Virus record (IMG/VR): IMGVR_UViG_3300027813_001929
Location: 1 to 34,036 of that record
Direction: 5' to 3' (one strand)
Origin: a virus
Lineage: Duplodnaviria; Caudoviricetes
Length of the DNA stretch: 34,036 nucleotides
Shown here piece by piece: positions 16,638 through 24,569 of the stretch. The position numbers and the translations under genes were made by a program. Below the pieces are notes generated by a model, which was given only the letters and a program-made list of their open reading frames with translations, did not search any database and was not told the origin of the DNA. Every line of letters begins with the position of its first letter. The first letter of the stretch is position 1.

Positions 16638-17155
16638 CTCAGGAACTCGGTCCAGTCCAGGTCATACTGGATTGAATCAATTTTATGTACACCTATTAAG
16701 TATAGCACATAACTTGCTACACTACTACCACGTCCTACACCCCAAACAATGTTATTTTCACGCATAAAATCTACAAGATAGCACATATAACGTAATAGTG
16801 GTAACATACCACGTTCAGTAAATTCATGTAGTTCTTCTCGAACACGGTCTCTTTGTTCGTAAGTAAGTTCTCTATTGTTTAAAAAACGTACTATATCCAG
16901 TTCTTTATATTCGTCAGGCATAAACCATTCCGACTGTAACGCTGTGTCAAAGTCTTTTTGTTCTACATCTAATGGAATATATTGTTTAAGCTCAGGCAGG
17001 TATTGTTCTCGCATTGCTGCATTGAACTTGTCTACATTATCACTAGGATCGCACAATACAACATGACACTTATCAACATGACCACTATAGATCATGTCAA
17101 CTAGATCTTTATTTGTAAATCGCGGAATACCGAGTTCGTCTGTTTTTATAAGCAT
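16634..17155 (-). CDS. DNA polymerase III alpha (DnaE)-like fragment (N-terminal part of the palm/NTPase region only)
   Basis: RVREEL, LVDFMRENNIVWGVGRGSSVASYVLYLIGVHKIDSIQYDLDWTEFLR matches the DnaE G.GRGS motif; ends before the catalytic PDID. Confidence 0.82.
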   Translation of the reverse strand: MLIKTDELGIPRFTNKDLVDMIYSGHVDKCHVVLCDPSDNVDKFNAAMREQYLPELKQYIPLDVEQKDFDTALQSEWFMPDEYKELDIVRFLNNRELTYEQRDRVREELHEFTERGMLPLLRYMCYLVDFMRENNIVWGVGRGSSVASYVLYLIGVHKIDSIQYDLDWTEFLR

Positions 17156-17161
17156 GTATAC

Positions 17162-17190
17162 AGTTTAACTTATATTTATTAAACTGTCAA
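17162..17190 (-). promoter_or_regulatory. sigma70-type promoter overlapped by a 9-bp inverted repeat; leaderless start at ATG 17155
   Basis: TTGACA (17190-17185), 17 bp, TAAACT (17167-17162); ACAGTTTAA/TTAAACTGT at 17160-17168 and 17179-17187. Confidence 0.7.
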
Positions 17191-17401
17191 GTCCTTTTTC
17201 GCCATTTTGTTCTTGCTGTTTTTGATATTGCTTTGCCCGTCTTGAACTATTTTCTTGTTGATACATGTCTAGTATCGCAGCAATTTGTTCTTGTACTTGA
17301 GGATTATGCGTCATGAAGTATTTACGCTGAAGTTCAATAGATTTATTTTCTACTTCAGCGTCACTTAGGTCCGCAAAACTATCAACTAGCGGATTAAACA
17401 T
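17165..17401 (-). CDS. Hypothetical protein (78 aa)
   Basis: TAATG-coupled to the upstream gene; helical and Q-rich. Confidence 0.75.
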   Translation of the reverse strand: MFNPLVDSFADLSDAEVENKSIELQRKYFMTHNPQVQEQIAAILDMYQQENSSRRAKQYQKQQEQNGEKGLDSLINIS

Positions 17402-17964
17402 TAAGCAAATACGCCTACATAGTTAGCAAATACTGTTGTACCGCCGTTAATAGTCCATAAGTCAATTATAACAGGCTCAGCTGCACTGTTGACAGTAAGT
17501 GTATCACCTGTCCAAGCAGCATTGGCGTCAGTCATAATTGAACCAGTTGCACTTGCTAAGGTAATAACCCATTCTGAGCCATTACCGGTTAATTGTAAAC
17601 GCATTCTGCCCATTACACCACTTGCTGGAAAGTTTGTAATTGTTGCTGTTAATGTGCCAGTTGCTTGTAGTGTTTGGTAATGTCCTTGCTCCCAATCAAC
17701 AGGCCAAGCACCTGCTCGTGCTGCATTGGAATATACAGTTTCGGTATTCTTTTGAAGTTTAGCTTCACTAATTACACTGCCATTAAAGTCGTTAGTTGCA
17801 TTTAATTTTGCTGTTGTTGCTTGTAGTGCAGAAACTTCCGTTGCTGCTTGCTCTAACCCTACTTTAGTTACATTGAAGTTTGTACGAAAGCCTTGACTAT
17901 CGTTGTCTACTCCTGCTACTGGAAAAGCAGCGTTGAATCCTACTGTACTAATTGTACTTGCCAT
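17401..17964 (-). CDS. Putative tail/baseplate-associated protein (187 aa)
   Basis: FPVAGVDNDSQGFRTNF, short coiled coil, beta-rich C-terminus; AGGAG RBS. Confidence 0.75.
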   Translation of the reverse strand: MASTISTVGFNAAFPVAGVDNDSQGFRTNFNVTKVGLEQAATEVSALQATTAKLNATNDFNGSVISEAKLQKNTETVYSNAARAGAWPVDWEQGHYQTLQATGTLTATITNFPASGVMGRMRLQLTGNGSEWVITLASATGSIMTDANAAWTGDTLTVNSAAEPVIIDLWTINGGTTVFANYVGVFA

Positions 17965-17985
17965 TTTATTTTTCTCCTGTATTCA

Positions 17986-17992
17986 TATTTAG
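17986..17992 (-). promoter_or_regulatory. T4-late-like promoter motif CTAAATA
   Basis: Intergenic, 21 nt upstream of ATG 17964. Confidence 0.55.
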
Positions 17993-17997
17993 CTTTG

Positions 17998-20778
17998 TTA
18001 AGTGTTAAATTCGTAATTTGCGAATACAACATACTGTTCTTCTGAAACGCCTTCTGAATTATCAATAACATATCTATCAACATCTAATTCATATTGTTTA
18101 AAGTCAATTCCATTAAAATCAATAGTGTTTGCAATTATTTTTGCTGTGCCAGGCTTGCAGTAACATAACGGAATAGCGTTAACAAATCCTAATTCAGTTA
18201 CAGTGTCTGCCTGTGAAGATCTCATCCATAACGGTAAAAAGTTCTTTTCAGTTTCGCCTATTGCTTTTATATTATCTCTCATATGTGTTAAGTTAGATAT
18301 ATATCGAGTTGTATCATTTGTTCCGTCAACCTTTATAGCAGTACTATCAACTGTAGTAACATTTGTTGGGTTTGGTCTAAGTTTATTGCTTTCAACAATT
18401 CCTGGTACAAATGGTATATTTAAAGAATAACCAGCCCGGCTGATTATTGATAATGTATTTGTAGCAGGAAGATTAAGTACACTTGTCCTACTAGTTATAG
18501 ACAACCTGTCAATCCATTTAACTTTAAGCTCTCCTGCTTGTCTGGTATAAACAGTAAAGTCGGCGAATTGACTGCTGTATAAATCATCAACAGTATGATA
18601 TCTTGCACTGTCAACTGTTACTTTATCAGTATTTTTAATTTGAATTTGGTTAGCAACTTTTTTATTTTTCTTAGTGGACTGTTGCGGATCAATAACTTCT
18701 AAGTATACAACTTCATAGACTGTGTTTTTTGTCCCAGGTGCTAGTGCAACTGCTGTTTTTACTTTACCAATTGTAAGATTGCGTCTTTTATGATTCTTAG
18801 CTGCTGCGGCAGCAAAGTAGTTTAGCGACTTGGCTTCGATACCTGCATAAGCAAGAATATTAATCTTAGTTTGTACACCAAAGTTAACATCGTCCGGTCT
18901 ATATAGATATTCTGGAAGGAATATCTCTGCATCATTTACAAAGTTAATAAATGAAGTACGTTGAGCTGTTGGTAATAAAGGGCGCATGAAAACATTACTA
19001 TATTGTTTATTATCAGGATCGGCTAACTTAATGCTAAACTGTTTTTCAATTGCACTAAATCCAAATTGATCTTGAGCTTTAATAGTAAACTTATATGTAC
19101 GATCGAGCGAAGTAGTATTTCCGTCGAATTGCATTTGTTGATTATCAAATACCGTAAGCCCAGGATTTGATTCTGTACCAAAGCTCCTTACCTTACCAAT
19201 TAGTTCTCCAGATAACGATAATGTTATTCCTGGCGGCAACGTGCCTGCTGTTACATTATAAAGTAATATAGCTGCTGGCACAGTTGTTGTTGCAACAACA
19301 GAAAGAGTACTAATATAGTTTGCACTAAACGATCCTAAGTTACTAGGAGTAGTATATGCAATAGTTGAATCTATCTCACCTAATAGCTTTATAACAAATG
19401 TCTTTTTACTAACAGATTCTTCTAGTTCAGTAATAGCAATAGTACCAAAGTTAATACTAATGCCTTTAGTAAAGACAGAAACAACAGCTCTGTTTAATGT
19501 TAGAACATCATATAATGTATTACTTGTATTAATACTAGTAACAGAATATGTTTCACCGGCTACTGTAAATTCTTTACCAATAGCATACGCTGAATATTTG
19601 TCAAACTTACTTACTTTAAGCTGTGCTATACCAATATTTGCACCTTCGTACATATATTCTATTAATTGTACGGTATCAATATCATACCCGATGCGCTTTG
19701 CAGCAATAGTGAATTTATATTCTTTTGTTATTGCTGGTTGATATGGAACTCTGCCAGCAATTTCTCCTGTGGTAGTGTCTAGGGTTAATCCTGGAGGAAG
19801 TATACTGTTACTACTATCATCGTTGGCTGCTGTCTTGTAATAACTAACAACGCCAGTTAACGTATTAGGATCAATTACATCAAGTACTAGTGTAACATAA
19901 TTGTCTGCTCGCCTATAACCAAAGTCTCTTGGGGTTAACCAAATTGGTACTCTGATGTGTGTATTGTCTGCACTAAAGATTCCAGTACCAACTTGCATAA
20001 CAGTTGTATCTGATCTAAAGAAGTCATCGCCAACAACATATAATTTAAAAGTTCTACTTGAAATTGAATCACCGTCATTTACACTAACTACAAACTCGTA
20101 AAACCGATTTAGTTTTTTAGGAGAGCGTGTCGGAGTATTTAGGCCATAAATTGTTGTGTCGTAAAAAAAGCTGTCATAGCCGTTAGCGCTCGGTACACTA
20201 AAGTCGTATGCCGAAGTAGTTCCTGCGTCAAAGCCGGCGTCATCATATTGTCCGCCACCTACAGATTTTTGTATTGCTAAAATAGGATCAACTATACCAA
20301 CTAGTCTGCCATCACTTGTTAACTGTATGCCCGGTGGAAGCGTGCCACCATTACTTGGAATAAAAAACTCTAGTATCTGCCCAGCTTCAGTGTCGCTATC
20401 TGCAACTTGTAGTTGGAAGTCAACTGGTGCGCTATCTAGTATATAAAAAGTATCGCCGTTGCCTGCTGCTAATAAGCCGGGAGCAGTAACCCATACAGGA
20501 TCATCTGCACCCTGGACTGTTATTTTAATAGTCCTGTCGCTTATTTGTGAGTCATATGTTGCTCTAAGTACAAACGTACTAACTGTTTCGTTTGCAACTT
20601 CTATCGGAGTACCTACAATAGTGTTATTAGATAACCTTAACCCTGCAGGTAATTTGCCACTAATTAATGCAACCGTAGCACTTGCTTGTGATAGTGGTAG
20701 TTGTAACGGTGCAATAGTAACTTGCTCTTGCAAGGTACCTAAGCTGTCTCCGTTATTGTTTGTCCAAAAGTTTGCCAT
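17998..20778 (-). CDS. Virion (baseplate wedge-like) protein with putative Ig (He_PIG-like) repeats
   Basis: Four repeats of the (G.)LP.G(L/I).L...G.(I/L).G type, each followed by a F.(I/V).A-like strand; in the structural cluster. Confidence 0.78.
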   Translation of the reverse strand: MANFWTNNNGDSLGTLQEQVTIAPLQLPLSQASATVALISGKLPAGLRLSNNTIVGTPIEVANETVSTFVLRATYDSQISDRTIKITVQGADDPVWVTAPGLLAAGNGDTFYILDSAPVDFQLQVADSDTEAGQILEFFIPSNGGTLPPGIQLTSDGRLVGIVDPILAIQKSVGGGQYDDAGFDAGTTSAYDFSVPSANGYDSFFYDTTIYGLNTPTRSPKKLNRFYEFVVSVNDGDSISSRTFKLYVVGDDFFRSDTTVMQVGTGIFSADNTHIRVPIWLTPRDFGYRRADNYVTLVLDVIDPNTLTGVVSYYKTAANDDSSNSILPPGLTLDTTTGEIAGRVPYQPAITKEYKFTIAAKRIGYDIDTVQLIEYMYEGANIGIAQLKVSKFDKYSAYAIGKEFTVAGETYSVTSINTSNTLYDVLTLNRAVVSVFTKGISINFGTIAITELEESVSKKTFVIKLLGEIDSTIAYTTPSNLGSFSANYISTLSVVATTTVPAAILLYNVTAGTLPPGITLSLSGELIGKVRSFGTESNPGLTVFDNQQMQFDGNTTSLDRTYKFTIKAQDQFGFSAIEKQFSIKLADPDNKQYSNVFMRPLLPTAQRTSFINFVNDAEIFLPEYLYRPDDVNFGVQTKINILAYAGIEAKSLNYFAAAAAKNHKRRNLTIGKVKTAVALAPGTKNTVYEVVYLEVIDPQQSTKKNKKVANQIQIKNTDKVTVDSARYHTVDDLYSSQFADFTVYTRQAGELKVKWIDRLSITSRTSVLNLPATNTLSIISRAGYSLNIPFVPGIVESNKLRPNPTNVTTVDSTAIKVDGTNDTTRYISNLTHMRDNIKAIGETEKNFLPLWMRSSQADTVTELGFVNAIPLCYCKPGTAKIIANTIDFNGIDFKQYELDVDRYVIDNSEGVSEEQYVVFANYEFNT

Positions 20779-20799
20779 ATATCTATTCCCTATATAGCA

Positions 20800-20806
20800 T
20801 ATTTAT
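20800..20806 (-). promoter_or_regulatory. T4-late-like promoter motif ATAAATA
   Basis: Intergenic, 21 nt upstream of ATG 20778. Confidence 0.55.
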
Positions 20807-20812
20807 CGAAAA

Positions 20813-21514
20813 TTACAGTGTACCGTAATCTGATACTATTGCCGTTGGTGTTGTTACTGTTCCGTATGTAATTGTAGTTGATCTAAATAATAGTTCCAAT
20901 CCAGATGTAGCATTTCCGATAGTGTCGCCATAATCAGCATTAGTAACTATACGATTTAGATTAGTTACATCTACTCCGTCTACTGTGCCTGTTAGAGGCC
21001 CTGTAATTGCTGTTGCAGCTACAGTTGTTGCAGTTAGTGTGCCTACGTTATTAATATTAAACGTAGAAGCGTTAAGTGCTGCGCCAAGGGCTGGATTAGT
21101 ATCTTGGAAAATTAAGTCAGTTGGATCAATGGCAACTCTAATATCAGTTGCACTAACTACAGTTGTAATATTTTGTCCACCTTTAATACCAAACTGTCTA
21201 CTAGCACCTGAAATATTTAATGCTGTGCTGTCTGATGCAATTGAAAGTGTACTTGGACTAGATATTGTAACAGTTGCGCCATCTGAAGTAAGTGCAACAT
21301 TATCGCCAGCAAGTAAACTTCTAAAGTTTAGTACTGCGCCATCTTTAGAATAAAACACGCCGGTGCCTGCTCCTAAGTTTGCTGCTTCGTTTTGTGGAAC
21401 AACTCTTGCATCTAATTCATCAAAGTTATTATTAACTTTAACAAACGCTTGTCTTAGGTCGTCTCCTGTACTGTCATTTGCTACAGTACCTACATTTATT
21501 CTAGTTATTGCCAT
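20813..21514 (-). CDS. Baseplate/fibre protein with a T4 gp9/gp10-like N-terminus
   Basis: INVGTVANDSTGDDLRQAFVKVNNNFDEL. Confidence 0.8.
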   Translation of the reverse strand: MAITRINVGTVANDSTGDDLRQAFVKVNNNFDELDARVVPQNEAANLGAGTGVFYSKDGAVLNFRSLLAGDNVALTSDGATVTISSPSTLSIASDSTALNISGASRQFGIKGGQNITTVVSATDIRVAIDPTDLIFQDTNPALGAALNASTFNINNVGTLTATTVAATAITGPLTGTVDGVDVTNLNRIVTNADYGDTIGNATSGLELLFRSTTITYGTVTTPTAIVSDYGTL

Positions 21515-21532
21515 TTGTGATCTCCATATTAC

Positions 21533-21539
21533 TATTTAT
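21533..21539 (-). promoter_or_regulatory. T4-late-like promoter motif ATAAATA
   Basis: 18 nt upstream of ATG 21514. Confidence 0.5.
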
Positions 21540-23110
21540 TAACTCGTGATACTTACTGTGCCTGATAATGTATTTGAGAAAGGTATGTTTTTTGTATATC
21601 TTGATACCATTACTCTCCGTGGTCCGCCCATGGCATCATTTGTGTCACCGTACCCGGTAAGCGATCCTGCTTCTAATGTTTCGCTCGAATCTTTATGTAT
21701 CATATCTTGTAACTGTGCTTGTGTGAGCATTGGGTTTGCTTGTAAATATAATGCTCCTACTCCGCATACTTGCGGACTAGCCATACTAGTGCCACTAATA
21801 TTACATTGTCTAAAACTAGCAGAACCGTAGTACGCGGCATCACTAAATTTATTTGTATTACTTGTACAGCTAACAATATTATTACCTGCTGCGTAAATAT
21901 CTACCCCTGGCCCTGTTGTGCTAAATCCCACTTTATTATCTGCTGTACTAGATTGAGCTAATAAACTACCAACCATAAATGCATTTACACTATAGGGTGA
22001 ACTACCTCGGTGATAAAATACATTACCTGATCCTCTATTAAATGAATTATTATAATCATCGCCACCACTAACATCTACTTTAAAACTATTATTACCTGCA
22101 GCAATGCAAACACATACACCTTCGTCTATTAATTCTTCTACATCTGTATCCACCGACGCTATTCTTACTGGTGCTCTATAACCGCTAGTTGTATTATATG
22201 GATAAATTCCATAAGTGTCTCTCATATGTGAATTAGGAGTAGCACTAAAACTAGCATCATTTCCGCTGGTGTAAGTTACTCCTCTATATGATACACTGTC
22301 TAAAGAAGTTGCTGCGGTACTATATCCCCAACTCATATTAACAATAGTTGGTCGCTTTTGTCCTGTTACAGGATCAATTGGCTTATTTCTATGCCATAAT
22401 TTAATAACATCAAAAGCATTACTAATGCTAATACCAGTACCACTGTCGCCAGCACCTTCTAGTCCTGCTAGTTTAACACTATACACTCTTGCGTTCTTTG
22501 CCCATCCAAACGATTTACCTGCTGCTGTTCCTGCACAATGAGTACCATGTCCATCGAAATCTCTGTAATGGTTTGCGCTTTGTGTTCCGCTTATTCCACT
22601 TGCATTGTACCAATTAATTTGTTGTACTCTACTAACTCCGTATTCGTCTATAAATTCTGGGTGGTCTACTTGTAATCCACTATCTTGTATTACAACATCT
22701 ACTCCACTACCATCTAGATTAAAATCATATGATCCTGCTAACGATGTTGTCCAAGATGTATCTTCAGTAATTACGCTGTGGCGTCTTTTACCCCAGTCTA
22801 TATATTCACCACCTTCTGAAGATCCTTTATAGAAAGTTCCGCTAAAAGTTGTGGTAAGGCCAATTTCTAAGTTATCATCTTGATCTGGCGGAATTGCAAC
22901 ATCTAATACTCTACTGTCGTTTTTTAAATCACTTGCTTCGGCGTCTGTAAGGGAGTAATGTGTATTACGTTGTGACCCTAGTCTTGCGTCTGCTATATCT
23001 ACACTACGTCCAGGAATATCTCCGGCACCAGTGTTTGCTATCATCTCCTGATTAAATGCATCGTAGTCGACACCTTTGTTAAGGGTTACAATATATTCTC
23101 TTTCACTCAT
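21539..23110 (-). CDS. Subtilisin-like serine protease (peptidase S8)
   Basis: Catalytic triad VVIQDSG / DGHGTHCAG / GTSMASP; oxyanion AAGN; NMSWG; I9-like propeptide (EYIVTL); no signal peptide. Confidence 0.92.
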   Translation of the reverse strand: MSEREYIVTLNKGVDYDAFNQEMIANTGAGDIPGRSVDIADARLGSQRNTHYSLTDAEASDLKNDSRVLDVAIPPDQDDNLEIGLTTTFSGTFYKGSSEGGEYIDWGKRRHSVITEDTSWTTSLAGSYDFNLDGSGVDVVIQDSGLQVDHPEFIDEYGVSRVQQINWYNASGISGTQSANHYRDFDGHGTHCAGTAAGKSFGWAKNARVYSVKLAGLEGAGDSGTGISISNAFDVIKLWHRNKPIDPVTGQKRPTIVNMSWGYSTAATSLDSVSYRGVTYTSGNDASFSATPNSHMRDTYGIYPYNTTSGYRAPVRIASVDTDVEELIDEGVCVCIAAGNNSFKVDVSGGDDYNNSFNRGSGNVFYHRGSSPYSVNAFMVGSLLAQSSTADNKVGFSTTGPGVDIYAAGNNIVSCTSNTNKFSDAAYYGSASFRQCNISGTSMASPQVCGVGALYLQANPMLTQAQLQDMIHKDSSETLEAGSLTGYGDTNDAMGGPRRVMVSRYTKNIPFSNTLSGTVSITS

Positions 23111-23119
23111 AAGTATTCC

Positions 23120-24532
23120 TTAATGTAGGTCTGCCCAAGCAGCTCCAGTATAAACTTGTAGCTTCGTAGTAGTGGAATTGAATAATGTATCACCTGCTAC
23201 ACTTGTAAGTGCGTCTCTTTCTGTTGATGTAAAGGTTGCAAACTTTAATGGACTCTTGTTTATTGTAACTCTATCAGTTGCACTAAGATTAATTGAACTT
23301 GCACTAGTTAATGTTGGCGCACCTGTAGCTGTAGATTCAAAAGTTTCTGCATAAACTATATTAGTTACACGCAAATCGTTCTCAACATTTAAATCACTAC
23401 TAATAGTAACTGCTGGAGTAATAGTAATTCCACTACTATCGTCAGTATCAATAACACTAGATGATAGTGTAAAGTTACCAATTGAGTCTCCACCACCAGC
23501 TGCTGCAGGAGCCCAACGTGTGTTGCTTTGATCCCAAGTAAGTACTTGTCCGTTTGTTGGCGTTGCAGTATGTACATCTGTATGTGAACTTAATACACCT
23601 GTACTTGTTAGATAACTACCTAAGTCACTAATATCTGCTTCAACAATAGTAATAGTATTGCTTGCAGTATTAATAGTTTTGTTTGTTAATGTATTAACAC
23701 TTACCGGAGTTACTGTGCCACCTGCGGCAATAGCATCAGTAATGCCATATCCTGCAAGTGTAGTCGGTGTGCTGGTAAGACTGGAGAACGCTAGCGACCC
23801 TGTTATTGCTCCGCCTACAGATACATCGCCCTGGAAGTATGCATTCTTAAATCTTACTGTATTTGTACCTAAGTCCCAAAGATTGTGTTGATTGGCATTA
23901 GGACTAACATTGCCTCTAATTGTGCCATCTAAATTTATAGCTGCTAGTATGCTGTCAATCATCACCGTTGAGTCGTCTGCAAATACACTACCAACTAAGT
24001 CACCGGTGTTATTAACATCAATAGTAACTAAACCGTTTTGAATATCTGATACTGTTAAGTAACCCGAGTCGTTAAACAATCTACTAACGTTGTTACCCGG
24101 CTGTATTGCAGTAGCTGCCAACGCTCCTTGTCCAGATGAAGCTACATCAGTAATGCCATACCCTGCTATTGTAGTAGGTAGACCTGTTAAATCACCAAAT
24201 GCAACTGTAGACAAATACCCTGAATCATTAGTTAATATACTAATGTTATTTCCGGGTACTAAAAAGTTTAAGTTGTTAGTAAATTGACTTAACTGAGTAG
24301 GTCTACCTACTACATCGGTCCATGCACCTGTTACTGCAATAGTAGCAATTTCTGTGCCACCCTTTTTAATACTTGTAGCACTTAGTACTCCGCCAGCAAT
24401 AGTACCACTTGCGGTTACATCCGTTACTCCAGTAATTGCACTACCTGTAAGTTGTAGATTGTCACCGCTTGGTAATTCTTTAATCTTATTGCCGTCACTT
24501 GCATCAACTATAAGTGGATATCTATTTGTCAT
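23120..24532 (-). CDS. Tail fibre-like protein (470 aa)
   Basis: PTT(I/L)AGYGITD twice, PGNN.S.L.NDSGYL twice, GQVLTWD...WAP, C-terminal GDTLFNSTT.KLQVY. Confidence 0.8.
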   Translation of the reverse strand: MTNRYPLIVDASDGNKIKELPSGDNLQLTGSAITGVTDVTASGTIAGGVLSATSIKKGGTEIATIAVTGAWTDVVGRPTQLSQFTNNLNFLVPGNNISILTNDSGYLSTVAFGDLTGLPTTIAGYGITDVASSGQGALAATAIQPGNNVSRLFNDSGYLTVSDIQNGLVTIDVNNTGDLVGSVFADDSTVMIDSILAAINLDGTIRGNVSPNANQHNLWDLGTNTVRFKNAYFQGDVSVGGAITGSLAFSSLTSTPTTLAGYGITDAIAAGGTVTPVSVNTLTNKTINTASNTITIVEADISDLGSYLTSTGVLSSHTDVHTATPTNGQVLTWDQSNTRWAPAAAGGGDSIGNFTLSSSVIDTDDSSGITITPAVTISSDLNVENDLRVTNIVYAETFESTATGAPTLTSASSINLSATDRVTINKSPLKFATFTSTERDALTSVAGDTLFNSTTTKLQVYTGAAWADLH

Positions 24533-24550
24533 GTGTGTCCTCGCTTAGTG

Positions 24551-24557
24551 TATTTAT
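24551..24557 (-). promoter_or_regulatory. T4-late-like promoter motif ATAAATA
   Basis: Intergenic, 18 nt upstream of ATG 24532; GAGGA RBS. Confidence 0.55.
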
Positions 24558-24569
24558 TTGCTTTATCAT

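Noticed and set aside
16603-17155. DnaE fragment as a frameshifted pseudogene or split-intein half
   Set aside because: I saw no PDID-containing continuation after the stop and no intein N-terminal block. The ORF has a clean promoter and start.
23730-24260. Short direct DNA repeats in the fibre gene (CATCAGTAATGCCATA twice; NDSGYL-coding repeats) as CRISPR or DGR repeats
   Set aside because: They are explained by in-frame protein repeats. There is no regular spacing, no adenine-specific variation and no reverse transcriptase in the window.
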